Assembly: GCA_964252035.1 (NCBI GenBank) | Contig: OZ176202.1 | Strand: one strand, 5' to 3' | Source: Podarcis erhardii | Lineage: Eukaryota | Length of the DNA stretch: 64,000 nt | Shown here: piece by piece, positions 40,001-52,779 of the stretch | Layout of the letters: every line of letters begins with the position of its first letter | Position numbering within the stretch: the first letter of the stretch is position 1 | Made by a program: the position numbers and the translations under genes | Notes under the pieces: model-generated | What the model was told of the DNA's origin: nothing | The model's input: the letters and a program-made list of their open reading frames with translations, nothing else | The model's database searches: none

Positions 40001-43000
40001 AAAAACAAAAACAACACTATGAAAAGCCAATGAAGTAATCTAAACAAGGAATAAACACTTGAATTCTGTTTTTCCTCTGTGGAACTCCAAGTACACACAG
40101 GCTTACCTTCTTTTTTCCTTATAATCACCATGTGAAAGAGTGACTACAGAATCATCACCCAGCAAATTTTGTAGTAAGAGTGAGGTGGGGGAATTTGAAC
40201 CAAAGTCTAGTTGAAGTCCAGCATTCTGTCTACTAACCCAAAGCAGTATAATTCTGAAATCAATATGTCAAAGAGAAATGAGGCAAGAAATGCAACTGGG
40301 ATGTAAATGTCTTGGGGGGGGCATACTGAAGGGGCTTCTGGAGCACCTTGGAGAGCTCCAAGAAAAGAAAGAAAGAAAGGATTAGGGTGCAATCCATTAT
40401 TACTAAACAAAACAAAGTGATCTTGGAGTCATACAATATGACCTTCTCCTTTCAACTGAGAAAGTTTCAAAAGGAAGTTATTTTTTTCAAAATCAGAAAG
40501 CAAAAACAACAACAAAAACCCTGCAGGTACAGGAAAAAAGGATGTATATTTCTGCTATATCTGAAATGAAAATAAGCTGAGAGCTGATATGGATACACAA
40601 ATCGTTGCCTCAAAAGTCACTGAGAGTTTCCTCACCTTTACAGTATTACATACTTCATTATCATAATTTTATCAGGATAATTTTTAAAAAGGTATGTACT
40701 AGAGGCAATAGATTGTACCCAATTACATCCTTCTGCTCAAATAATGGAATTTGCCCTTCACTCTCCCCGATTACTTCCAAAATATACTCTGGTTTGGGGA
40801 TCTTGAGCAGATTTGGAGGTATGCAGGGAAATGAGAGGATATTCTCACAGGGGCACTGGATACAACCCAGTCTTTAATATACCTTAAACCAGTGAGAATA
40901 ATATTCATAAATCTAAGTACAAGAGGGCCTTGAGTTCATAACTCACTGACTGGCAGCAAAGAGATGCAAATAAACCAAGAAAACGCATACTTTTTAATCT
41001 ACTGGATTAGAGTAATTGCTACCAAGTTGTTGACTTAATTAAACACTCCTGAAAAGGCCTTAAGGGTAAATACTCTCTCACACATATGACACTTTAAATT
41101 TGTTTTAAAATCCACTTAATTATTTGCTGTGAGAATTAACTGAGAAAAAGCAACTTGTCCTAAAATTAAAAGCCTTTCCCTAAAATACACTATCCACCCT
41201 GTGTTCTTCAGATGAAGGGTGGTATACAAATTAAATAAATAAAACTATAAATATGCTATAGTATAAAAATGAATCCCTCATCACAGGAGGACATCAGTAT
41301 TATTAACTACTGCCTCGTGTTGTGAACCTGGTCTGAATATACAATGAAATGAATAGGTCTCAATGGAGGATAAAGATTGCATATTTCCAGCTTCTAGGAT
41401 TGCAGTCCAAAGTGTTGTATTGTATTATATTATTATCATTGTTACTACAGTACTCCTCTCAGGGCTGGAAAAAAGATTCATGTCATTTTTGCTTATATGC
41501 ACTAGAAATCTAATGCTAGCACTTTCAAATATGAAACATTTTCCTCTGCATAACTTCAACCTGGAATTTCAAACATTTCCCCCCTAGTACTGGTGCTGAA
41601 AGAAAATGTTACTGTGCATCTTATTATACCAACTGACAAGGACTTTGATATTTAACTCTTCAGAATTGCAAAGTTATACAAAATCATTCTAATATTAAAT
41701 AGGTCTTTTTAGTATTATAGGCAGAACTACTGCATCAGTCTATGTTGCATTCAAGTTATTTTAATTTCAGCAACTCCAGTTGTGATTAAAACCAAATAGT
41801 ATTTATTCTTGTAGTTGCATTCCATTGTAACATGTATTATTTCAAGCCTTTTGAAAACCCAAACCCAACAGAGTGGGATTAATGATACCAACAGTGCAGC
41901 CCAAATCTTACCTATTTGTGAGTAGCACCAGGGAGCTTTAACAAGTGTCAGTGATGAGCAACACAGAATTGTTATTTGCTCCATTGGTATTGTTTTGCAG
42001 GCAATAGTAAGTCATTGTTTCTTGCTTTAATGAGTTTACATTATAGCTCGTGTCATAAAAGTGAATAGGTATATGTCCATAAAAACCATATCACTTTCTA
42101 TAGTTGGCAATACAGTTGGTAAGGTTGTGCTACAGAAGTCAGAATTTACAGGTTTCAGTTACTAGAGCATTATGATGTTGTTTTAAAAATATGATCCAGA
42201 ATAGGAAATTCTGAGTGTATGGCTTCAAATGTGCTTGATGTGGCGAGAGGCCAAAGCTCTGTAAGAGCATACGCCTTGTATGTAAGGTCCCAGTTTCTAC
42301 CATTGACATTCCCATTGAAAAGCCTATCAGATAGAAGGCTTGGGAAATACCCCTACTAGAGGGCAGATGCTAATCAGGGGAAACCACTGCTAGGGTTCAT
42401 TAACCGGTGCCATTACTTGTGAATATTTGAAGTTGCCTTATAATGACACTGCGTCAGGGTAATTACAAGTATGGTCAGGGACATTTTATGACGTTTACAT
42501 CCTACTCTTCTTCCATGGAACTCTAAGTAGTACTGTATATATAAACTAAGCTCTGAGCAGATCCAGACTTGCTTATCTTCAGCACATTTCCTGCATCATG
42601 TGCCCTCATTCCTTGCCCTGGGAATGTGGCCTTGCCAAATCATTTTTTATGGGCGAGGCCAGGTTGGAGCCTGGGAATTCCAAGTTCACTGCAGCACACT
42701 AGCTCTTGGTTTCACATTACCGTATTTCCCTCAGTAGCTTTAGATCTAAGAAACATAGCTTGGTTGGCTCAGAATTAAAACTTGAGCCAAAAAAACTCTG
42801 ATACAGTTAAAATTACAGCAGGCCTACAACTTACACAGGGGTTACATTCCAGGGATCGTCCCCAACACCAAAATCACACAGTCAATAGTGGGTGAGACTG
42901 ACAATGTCATTTTCCCAGAGCCCTGCACCCTTTTAATTTTTTTAAGTTTTGCCACATGCTTAAACCTGAATGCACACAAGTTAAAGGTACACAAGTTGTG

Positions 43001-43796
43001 GGCTTAATGTCTGCCAGAGTAAGTGGCTGGGAATTGCCACCTCAAGTTAGAAGCTGAATGTTAATCTCTAGTTTGTTATAAAAACCAATACTGCTAATAA
43101 TCTACTTTGAGTATTTTATTAAATAGAAGCACAAGTTTGTGAATTATGCTCAAGTTAAGTGCAAGATAGTGAATATTTGTTGTAATAAAGGTCTGTGTCT
43201 TATGCAGCACAACAATGTCTCTCAGCCAGTGAATGTATTAGCCACCTTGTCCTTCCAGAACTACGACTACATTCCATTTAATTTAACTGTATCCGCATAA
43301 GCAATTGCAGTCATAAAATTTCAGATACAGCAGACAAAGAGTTTCGCATGTTTTATTTGGAAAATTCAAAATGGGACTTTCTACCCAGTAAGCATCTTCA
43401 GGATTGCAGTCTCAGGCAGAAAGCTTAGGAATCCCTTACTTAGGAAGGACTTACTTCTGAGTAATTATATAGAGGATCAATCGGTAAGAGTCCATTCTAT
43501 GGCTTTTTTATAAGGGACACTAAGAAAATCTGTTCAACAAAGCCACATAAGCATGTATTGGAAAGGCGATTTGTGTCAGTTTGTTGCAAGAGGAGAAGAA
43601 AGTATTTATTACGTGGCACAACTGATTTTGCACAGTTTCGAACAAAAGCTTGGTTAAGAGAAAGCGATGCAATTGTCCTGAGATCAACAGAGGAGCGGGT
43701 TTGGACGGGGAAGCCACCAGCGCCGAGGAGAGAGCTGCTGTCCGGAAACCAGCTTACTTCGTTTCAGCGCCGGGCACCAAGCGAGCCCGGCGAGGC

Positions 43797-44306
43797 CTAT
43801 TTGCAGAGCCCCTCGAGTTTCTCCAGCGCCCCCTTCATGTCCCGGATGCGCCGGGCCAAGGCGGGCACCGGCTGCATGGCCTTGTCCAGCTCCTCGCAGC
43901 GCGCCATCAGGGTGTACATGGAGCGGATGCTGGTGTCCACCGCCTCGCCCAGGCTCTCCACGCCGTCGCGGTATGTCTGGATGCAGCCCACGCTGAGCGC
44001 CGTCAGGGCCTGCAGGGCGCCGTGCACGCTGCGCAGCAGCTCGTCCACCTGCGCCGCCGCCTGCACGGCCAGAGCCGCCAGGTCCTGCAGCGCCGCGGGG
44101 TCCACGGCGGGGATGAGGCAGCCGGAGCCCGGCGGGGCGCGGCGCCGCATCTGCTGCTCGAAGGCGCGGGCCACGAAGTGCGTGAGGCGCCCGTCCCAGC
44201 GCACCGGGCCCTCGCGCTCCAGGCCGCTCGGCGGCTCTTCCGACAGGCTACCCGCGCCGCCGCCCCGCGGGGAAACTCCCGCCGCCGCCGCCGCCGCCTC
44301 AGCCAT
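43797..44306 (-). CDS. BORCS6: BLOC-1-related complex subunit 6 (lyspersin, C17orf59), single exon, 169 aa
   Basis: C-terminus LTALSVGCIQTYRDGVESLGEAVDTSIRSMYTLMARCEELDKAMQPVPALARRIRDMKGALEKLEGLCK closely matches recalled human BORCS6 (LTALSVGCIQTYRDAVDSLGEAVDMSIKGMYTLLARCEEL...LEALCK). Also has the LTHFV motif, Kozak gggcaATGG and a minus-strand AATAAA at 43352-43357. Confidence 0.93.
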   Translation of the reverse strand: MAEAAAAAAGVSPRGGGAGSLSEEPPSGLEREGPVRWDGRLTHFVARAFEQQMRRRAPPGSGCLIPAVDPAALQDLAALAVQAAAQVDELLRSVHGALQALTALSVGCIQTYRDGVESLGEAVDTSIRSMYTLMARCEELDKAMQPVPALARRIRDMKGALEKLEGLCK

Positions 44307-45046
44307 TGCCCGGCGCGCTACTCGGAACTGCCGGAGGTATCAACCGCCCCCTCTCTCAGAAAGGAGGCGGGCCTTGGCCTCCATACGCGCTTCGGATTAG
44401 CCGGGGCGCAGGCGGGGGAGGCGTGGCTCACGCGCTTTGTCGCGCTTGATTGGCGGCTTCCGCCTCACAGCGCAACCCTGCGCTTGTTTACTCAGAAGTG
44501 AATCCTACTGACTTCAATGGGGCTTACTCGCCAATGAAGGGTAGGTGGTCTGCGCTCCTAAGAGGGCTGGCAGTGGGGAGGTGAAGCACCCTCTCCTCAT
44601 TTCGCTCATCGCTAAGCGAGAAGCCGAGGAAGCAACGGCTCGTTCTAGAAAGGGGGCGTGACCTCCTGCACAGTATTTGTGTCCGTCTTCATTGGGGAAA
44701 GTAGAGAGGCCCTCACAGGACATGCTCGGGGCTGATTGGGCGACGGCGACGGAAAGGCGGGCTCCCAGACAAGCTTTCCGTTCTGATAGGCAGGCGGCGG
44801 GAAGGGGGTGTGGCCTTTTCGAGTAACAACAGTGGGGCGTTGTGGCGACTTCTCTTCACTCCCCCGCCATGTTCTCCTAGCAGCGGAGCTGATCGCCTAA
44901 CCAGCGCAGCTACTTAAAATCCCGAGCGGACGCTCCGCCCTCGCACCCCTTGCGCCCCTTCTCTTTTTTCCCCTTGCCCACCAACTCAACTTTTTTTTTT
45001 TTTAACCACCTCCGCGCTGCTGCGCGAAATCCTACTCCTTTCGACC
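44307..45046. promoter_or_regulatory. CpG-island bidirectional promoter between BORCS6 and PNRC1
   Basis: 740 bp between divergent ATGs. CpG-rich, with CCAAT boxes at 44449, 44531, 44691 and 44735 and GC boxes. Confidence 0.75.
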
Positions 45047-45472
45047 ATGGTGACTACTACGGCGCCTCCACCGTTTCTAGCCCGGATCTCGGCCGGCACC
45101 GAGGACCCCCGGCGGTTCCCTGCATCCCTGTTCCAGCGCCTCATGCGGGCAGACTGCGGCGGGGAAAGCCAGCAGCCCAACTGCTGCCCGGTGGGACCAG
45201 GAGGCAGCGCGCGGCAGGCGCTGAAGAGAGTGCGGCGGCGAAGAGCCAAGATACGGTCCGCTCCCTCCGGCCTCCTGCAGAGCCGCTACCAGCACTACCA
45301 GCAACATCGTGCCGGCTTGACGCGAAGGAACACCGCGCAGGGGACGTGTAACCCCTACGAAGTCCCTGTCCCCTCCTCAGAGCCAGGGCTAGAAACGGTT
45401 CCGAGCGCAGAACCGCCGGCACCTTCGCCGAGAACAGCCCCCGTCAGTATAAGTAAACCCCTCAGGAAAGAG
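45047..45472 (+). CDS. PNRC1: Proline-rich nuclear receptor coactivator 1, exon 1 (142 codons)
   Basis: MVTTTAPPPFLARI...KRVRRRRAKIRSAPSGLLQSRYQHYQQHR...KPLRKE resembles human MVTTAPPPLPRI...[27 protein letters not shown]...PLRKE. Phase-0 donor GAG|GTAAAT. Confidence 0.93.
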
Positions 45473-46769
45473 GTAAATAATATTTAGCGCGGCTGGTGGG
45501 GGGCGGGGCGATGGGGGCTACTGCTGGTAGGCGAAAAAAAGAAGCCAGCCGCTTCTCTCTGCTCGAGAGGGACGCGCCTGCGCAGTTTGCGCTTGACGGT
45601 TGGGGGCGGGGGAGTGAGGAAGTTTCCGTTACGTCTGTTGTCTTTAGTGGGAGTGTCTTTAGCGAAGTGAGATTCCTCCGGGGCTGATAGGTTGAAGGAA
45701 TCCACCAATCGGATTGGCGGCTGCGCCCCAGCAACAGCCCGATTTAGCCCGTTGTCCGTGGCTATTGACGGGGGAGGGGGAGAGAGACGTGACGCCGCCG
45801 CCGTGCCCAATGGACGAAGGGGAAGGGGCTGGGGCGGGGTTTGCATTCTCAGTGAACGGGGTTGGGGGAGGAGCAGGAGCCGCGTTCGCGTGGAAGGCTT
45901 ACGCTGTGTGCGTAGCCGTACTGGGCGAGGAGCCAGTGTTGACGTCAAGTTGACTGGTAGTTCTTCCTGCATAACCAAGATTGAGAGGGTTTAAAAAAAA
46001 ATATCTTCCCGTCTTCTTTAGATTTATAGAACTTACCTAATCGGGATAGTTTTTCATTTTGTGGGAGAACTTTGAAGTATAGTTATGGGATCAAAGAGTT
46101 ACTTTTTTGGGAGCAAACTCCCCCAAATCCCTTTGAATTTAAGCAGCATTGCTCCATATTAACGGAGCTCAAAAATCTTTTTTTAAAAAAAAATGCTGCT
46201 GATTGTCTGTTGTTTACTGTATTTTGTCTGTTGTTTACTGAAATTTTAATTATACAGCCCCATAGAAAATAGTACAATCCTGTGCATACTTAACTCCTGG
46301 TGCCTTCAATTGGAATCACTCCCTAGTTAGATTGCCTCCAGATTATCCATAGTTTGTGGAAGGGATTCGAGCACATACCAGAAATTTAGGTTTGCACAAT
46401 TAAACTGGTTAATTGGATCTGTCACATTGGTGCAACACATCCACAAGCTGATTTTTGTGTTTGCGATATAGCAGTAGGGAAATGCACTGAAAAGTGTACA
46501 TGATTAATGGGAAGATATACAACCACTGCACAAGCAAGTCAATATGATTTCAGAACAGTGCTCATCATAATTTCTCAGCAAACAGATAAGAATGAATGCT
46601 AAGTAAACGGGGCATCTGGAAGAATTGCATGTTCGTTACATCTGCATGTTTCTACATCTGGTATTTCGACATCACAGAATCATTTAACAAAATAAAGAGT
46701 GAATGTGAAGGACAACTAACTGTTGAATGTAGTTAAATATATTTATGAAATTATCTTTTATCTTTGCAG

Positions 46770-47204
46770 TTGTTCAGAAACAGGATGGGAAAGTCCGAGA
46801 AGGTTACCATTCCTTACACTCAACCTATTCACAGTATACACCTTTGTGACCAATCAAAGATTAACAGACCAAGGAACAAATGTAATATACCACTAAACAA
46901 GATTCCACCTTCAAAAAAAAGTGAAAATAACTTTTGGCAACAATCCGTGTCACCTGAACTCATTAAAAAGCAGGAGAAAAAGCCTCTGAAAAATGCAGAA
47001 AATGTGAAATCAAAGAAACCTGTTTTTCTGACTGAAGCTAACCAAAAAGAAAACTATGCTGGGGCAAAGTTTAGTGACCCTCCTTCACCCAGTGTCCTTC
47101 CAAAGCCTCCCAGTCATTGGGTGGGAAGCCCTGTTGAATATTCTGACCAAAACAGGAAGATGATGGCAGTCCATCTAAAAACTCTCTTAAAAGTTCAAGC
47201 GTAG
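46770..47204 (+). CDS. PNRC1: PNRC1 exon 2 (total protein 286 aa)
   Basis: tttgcag acceptor, then [11 protein letters not shown]...[24 protein letters not shown]...[13 protein letters not shown], the PNRC signature. Confidence 0.97.
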   Translation: MFRNRMGKSEKVTIPYTQPIHSIHLCDQSKINRPRNKCNIPLNKIPPSKKSENNFWQQSVSPELIKKQEKKPLKNAENVKSKKPVFLTEANQKENYAGAKFSDPPSPSVLPKPPSHWVGSPVEYSDQNRKMMAVHLKTLLKVQA

Positions 47205-47810
47205 CTTATGGGTATTTACAGAGAGCATACCAGGAATTTGAAACCTGCCTTGTTGCAACATGAAGTGCGAAAGACTGTCAAATCTTAAATTCGCAAACTT
47301 TTACTCTATTTTTTATGGTTGTGTAAATAGTGTATATCATGTAATGTGTATATTCATATTTTGAAGTACATTTTAGTTTTGTTATGAAAGGATGAATTTT
47401 ACACTGCCCACGTGGTAAGTGGTTTTTGTATATAATAACGGACACCTTCTAATGTGTGCTTGACACATGGAAAGACCTGACAAGGTTTGCACAAGGTGCT
47501 GAGATTCTGAAAGAAGAAGAACTCATCTCAATGTTCAGATGGAAATGTGAAAACATTGCTAATGCACTACTGAAAAGTTTTACAATTTGGCACAATGCTT
47601 CATTGGATAAGAAGCGCTCATAAAATCATGAGCTTGAAACAGTATATGGAGTTCAATTTCTCATTGGAAATATAAATTTTTGATTAGATTAATTAGCCCA
47701 GAAACTTAGCTCTGTTGATTCTCTTGATAGAGAATAGCAGAGCAAACTGCCAGAAATAATTGGCTATTTTAAAAAAAGAACTTAAATAAAACAATTTGGC
47801 CTCCCCTTAC
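47205..47810 (+). other. PNRC1: PNRC1 3' UTR with polyadenylation signal
   Basis: AU-rich sequence after the stop codon; AATAAA at 47785-47790 followed by U/GU-rich sequence. End coordinate is approximate. Confidence 0.7.
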
Positions 47811-50800
47811 TTGGTTGTCATTCTTTTGAGTTGCTCTGTCTAAACAGTAATGCTGCAGCACGTACTAAATGTTGCTGTGCTTTGTCAGTGGTAGGACATA
47901 CTTTTTTATTATTCTAGCTTAAGATCTTCCTTACACCCTGGTCTTGCAATTACTTAAGCACCAACACAAAGTTCTCCACAATCCTTCCCAGTGATACTTG
48001 CATTTGCCTTGGAAAATATAGGAAACATAAGCAGGCAACTCTAAAATTTCATAACCGTTTTAAGAAGTCGTCTGCAGACTACTATGAAGTATTCATTGCT
48101 GAGATTCCATATTGCTAGGTGTATACAAGTACATTAAAAAACTATAAAGAAGCAAAACACAAAATGCTACTCGCAACCCTGAAGCAAACAAATCTGCCCA
48201 CTGATTTCAGTAGTAAGTGGACTGCAGTACCCAAGAATGGAGGTAGAACAGTGGCTTTTGTTAAATATGTGCAAAGAATGGGGCATTACTTATTGTGACT
48301 CAGGATTAGCCCATTTTGGGGGGTATGACATAAGCCCTATTCCAGATGAAATACTATCACCAGAAAGGAAACATTTGAAATTAAGCCATCTTTGGTCCTT
48401 GTACAAAAGACAATTAGAATATTTTCAAAAGTTGATTCATTTAATTTATTAAATGCCCCAAATAAAGCTTTTGTGGCATATTTCAATCATAGCAAAGCAT
48501 ACTTCACTTTACCCTGTGGCATTCTGACCTTCAGCAATAATGTATCGCAGTGCAAAGTTTCCCTTCACAGTAAGAGCAGAGCTATAATATATTAACACTA
48601 GAAACAGTGCCACCTTGTATTTATTTAGTTTGTACCTTGGTTCATCTGTAAAATCACTGTCTTCCAGGTCTTCAGGTGAGAACTGTGTTTTTACCTGTGG
48701 ATACAGCAGTCGGGGGGTTTTTGTATTAAAGTTGGGTAATATCCAATTTAGCCATGCTCAGTGTGGACCTATTTAAATCAATTGGCAAGTACGTTAATTT
48801 CAATGGGACTAATCTGAATATGAGTAACACTGGACAGTGCCCATCAATTATATTTACTTTCTCATAAGTATTACAGGTTGCATCCAACTGTGTTACTCAG
48901 GCAATGATAAGGCTTCCATCAGCAGAATGGGAAGAGAAGCAATTTTCAGCGATTCCCACTCCCTGCCAAAGCCTACTTTCTACCTTAAATCTCTGGAAGT
49001 CTCCCAGCCCTCTGGGATATAAGATGGTTGCAGAAGGGGAATACACCAAAAATTGCTTTCCTCGCTCTGCTGATGGAAGCCTTTATCAGCTGAGATAAAG
49101 CTGAGATCATATCACCATATGATACAGCCCTGTACATTTGTATTGGAGACCAAGATAGTATTTACATTTCCTTGATACTGTGTTATATTAGTTAATTATA
49201 GTTCCAAGGAATGCCTAAGCTAAGGAAACAAGTGAAATCACAGTAAAACGCCTGTTCAGAGAAAAACAGCTCACACATCTTCCAGTATCTTAAGTTGTTC
49301 AAAGTAGTATCCAGTACTGAAAAGGAACTCAACATTAATACCATACTACACAACCAGCTGTCTGCTCAAGACAAATCTTGAAGGTTGCAAAAATCTGCTG
49401 TTCTGGGGAATGTTAATGTACACACCAAGAGGCTGGTTCTTTTGGCCTGTCTCTTCTATGACATCTAAGGGCTTATGAAAAACACATGACGAACGCATGT
49501 TGCACATACTCCAGACAATGTTTTTCATCAAGTTCAGATACAGTTCTAATTGGGAATGTTGTAGGGACAGTGCTTTTTATGGTCAGATGGTTGTCTTCTC
49601 AAAGTACAAATCCCCAATCTCCTGGCTTTTAGGCTGGATTATCTTCAGAGTCTCCAACCAGATTCCAGAGCTCTCTAATGGTGGGGTTTTCCCCACTGAT
49701 CTTCGTACCAAAGAAGAATTACAGTTTACCACAGCCCCTTCTACTAAACATTGGGTGCTTCCATGTTACAGTCCCTTAGCACTACTGAGGCACTGCTTTT
49801 CCACAATGGTAGTCCCACAAGGCACTTAAATATATAGCTTCATTCCCCACATTAAAAACCTAACAATGCCTATCCCTTAGGCGAGAGCTCATGTTTCTTT
49901 ACAAAATATGTTTTACTTCAGCCTTCAATTGTTCCTTATTTAGTAGGTTCCTTCTTGCCTAACCCCCCCACACCCCGTGCTTAAAAAAACAAAACAACAG
50001 TAGTTCTTGTCAATCTACATTGGGCTAGTACTGTGGATACATAAGAAAAACACGCACACTAAACATGCATTCCCAGAAACGTTCTAAAAAAAGCGCACTG
50101 GAATGCTGCTGGCTGACGACTTTTGAATTCTTTGTAAAAACAACAAAAGATGTTGAATCCAGACATTCCAGTGTCAAAGGCAGCAGCCTGCAGCAGTGTG
50201 GAGACAAATCATTTTATAGAGCTGAATTTGCACGGGAAGAAAGATCTCCAAGAGTAGTTGCTGCCATTTCAGGAGCAGCTTATTGCCTCCTAGGCTTCTT
50301 GTCTACTGTATCCCATCTCCACATTATTCTTTTTCCAGTTGGCATACAGCAAATATTCTATTGCATTTCTAACTGTATGCCCTTCTCTGCTTGCTTGCTG
50401 TTCCTAGCGTGTCTTCAAAACAAAAAGGAATGTAAATAAGAGGGAGACATGTTCACAGTAAGTCTCCTGCTGAGATGTACAAAAAGTTTGGAGCACCCTC
50501 TAGTGGATTTTTGTTGCCTTTGCCAGCTATATTGTACTACAATAAGCTTCAGATCAAAAGACTTTGTTTCGGCAGACATCTCTTAGCTTTAATAAATAGG
50601 GATCAGCAACAATCTCTTTTAAATTCAGCTTTATTCAAAACAATTATGCAGGCAAAATTCCAAGTCTCAGAACAATCTTTAAACAAGAACAACTGCAAAG
50701 GATAAGATTAGCATTCTGTTCTATGTCCCAGTTAAACTGCATACCGTAACAATCAATTTCAATCCATGCTTCTGCGAAGTGATTTGACTTGCTTGAATTA

Positions 50801-51048
50801 ATCGCATAGGGCATGACAAGTTAAAAGAGCAGACACTGTACCATATGCTCCAGTACATAATTTTTAGGTTGTAATTTTTTTAAGGTTAAAAATTGTCTCT
50901 TCTTTGTCTTAACAGGGTATATACCATGTTTACTCAAAAGTGTGTTTTGTTCACCAAAGAAAAGGTAAGATAAAAGTTTGCTGCATATTATGCATGTTTT
51001 TACAGGGGTAAATTCTATTTTGTTCAGTGTATCTTAATCCTAAAAAAA

Positions 51049-51408
51049 AAGGTAAAGGATCCCTGACAGTTAAGGCCAGTCACGAATGACTCTGGGGTTG
51101 CGGTGCTCATCTCACTTTACTGGCTGAGGGAGCCGGCGTTTGTCCACAGACAGTTTTTCTGGGTCATGTGGCCAGTATAACTAAGCCGCTTCTGGTGAAC
51201 CAGAGCAGTGCACGGAAACACCGTTTACCTTCCCACGGGAGCAGTACCTATTTATCTACTTGCACTTTGACGTGCTTTCAAACTACTAGGTTGGCAGGAG
51301 CTGGGACAGAACAACGGGAGCTCACCCCATCGCGGGGATTCGAACTGCTGACCTTTTGATTAGCAAGCCCTAGGCTCTGTGGTTTAGACCACAGTGCACC
51401 CGCGTCCC
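51049..51408 (-). mobile_element. Sauria SINE (Squam1)
   Basis: Minus strand GGGACGCGGGTGCACTGTGGTCTAAACCACAGAGCCTAGGGCTTGC...GTTCGAATCCC, with an ACCTTT tail. Confidence 0.9.
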
Positions 51409-52779
51409 TTAACACAAACATATACCAGAACCATTGTAATTAGGATTTTAGGACTGGCATAGAAAACTAGATCCAGAGGCGTCCTGACTTCTGCAAGCAG
51501 GATTTCTTTCTGACTTAGCTGAAGATCCTTATGCAAGGGAACTGAAATCTAGAATATTCTTTCATTTACACACAGTCTTGCACAATCTCCTGTAGAAAGT
51601 CAGTCTTCCACTAGCTCATTCACAACTGTTAATGGAATGGCATCAGTGCAATAATTTCTTCCACAAGTGTGTCTCTGGATCCAGTCCATAGAGAAGTAAA
51701 TGATAGACCAGAGTGCCCCCTGGATCTGATGCCAGAATCCCTTTGGAGGAGGGTGTCTATATACTGTATATATAGATTGGGCCAGCGCATGGCTCAGAGC
51801 CATTCCCAGGAAATTAAAGTGGAAGTGGAAGATGCTTTGCCTGGCACTTTTCTTATCCTTGTTGGACTGTTCAATGCAAAGCTACATTAGCTCTCAACAG
51901 ATTTTATAAGCAGCTTTGACATATATCTGAACTGAAAAACCATGATGGTAAATTATTTTTGTTTGAAAAACATATATCCCATATTTTTTATTTAAAAAAT
52001 GTATTGCTCTTATTCAAAGTCCCAGAGATTAATGTAAATAAAAATGCTGGACAGAAAGTTCACTTACGAGCTGTTGGTAAATACCGGACCATTTTCCTGG
52101 TATCTTCTATGCAGAATTGGTAAATGGGGAAGAAAAAACACCTGAAGGTGGCCAGCATAAGAGAAAAAAATTGAGAAAAAGAATGGTACTTACAGTTCAA
52201 ACTGGATACAAAAACAAGAAAGGTATGAAGTCATTTATGCTAGCACTGAAAGCTATGAAAATAAGTAGCATGTAAGATCCAATGGGCAAAACATCTTATG
52301 AAGAACATTCAGAACTATCAAAAATTTCCATTTTCTGCCATACAACATAAGATCTGAGAGGTGTTGGGATTACTAGCCATCCATCTCATTAAGAACATTC
52401 AGAACATTTCCATTTTCTTCTTGTACAACACAAGTCATTTGAGAGAGTTTATAAGCCATCCATAGGCTCGTAAAACTAGCTGAGGTATTTCAGTGGGCAG
52501 CCCTTGTGGTACGTAATGGGAAGGGATGGCAGAGGGCACTTATGGGCACACCTCCCATCAAGAGATGAGATGCAGCACGAGACTTCTACAAGGGACCACC
52601 CTTTTCCAAAAGCAACACACAGCTGTCCCTTGAAATTCACAAAAAGGTATGAAAGCAACAGGTATCTTCTCAGAGGAATACGTGCAAGATTCTGTTCAGC
52701 TGCCATAGGTATCGATAGCACAATCCTCCATTAATTTCTCTCTTTAAAGCTTTCTGAGCTAGTAGCCATCAGTAGGGGC

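Noticed and set aside
43558-44501. Two long plus-strand ORFs (280 and 283 aa) opposite BORCS6
   Set aside because: Shadow ORFs of a GC-rich coding sequence and CpG island; non-ATG starts and no recognisable homology.
44950-45994. Multiple overlapping ORFs on both strands around PNRC1 exon 1 and intron
   Set aside because: GC-rich low-complexity translations; only the 45047 frame matches PNRC1.
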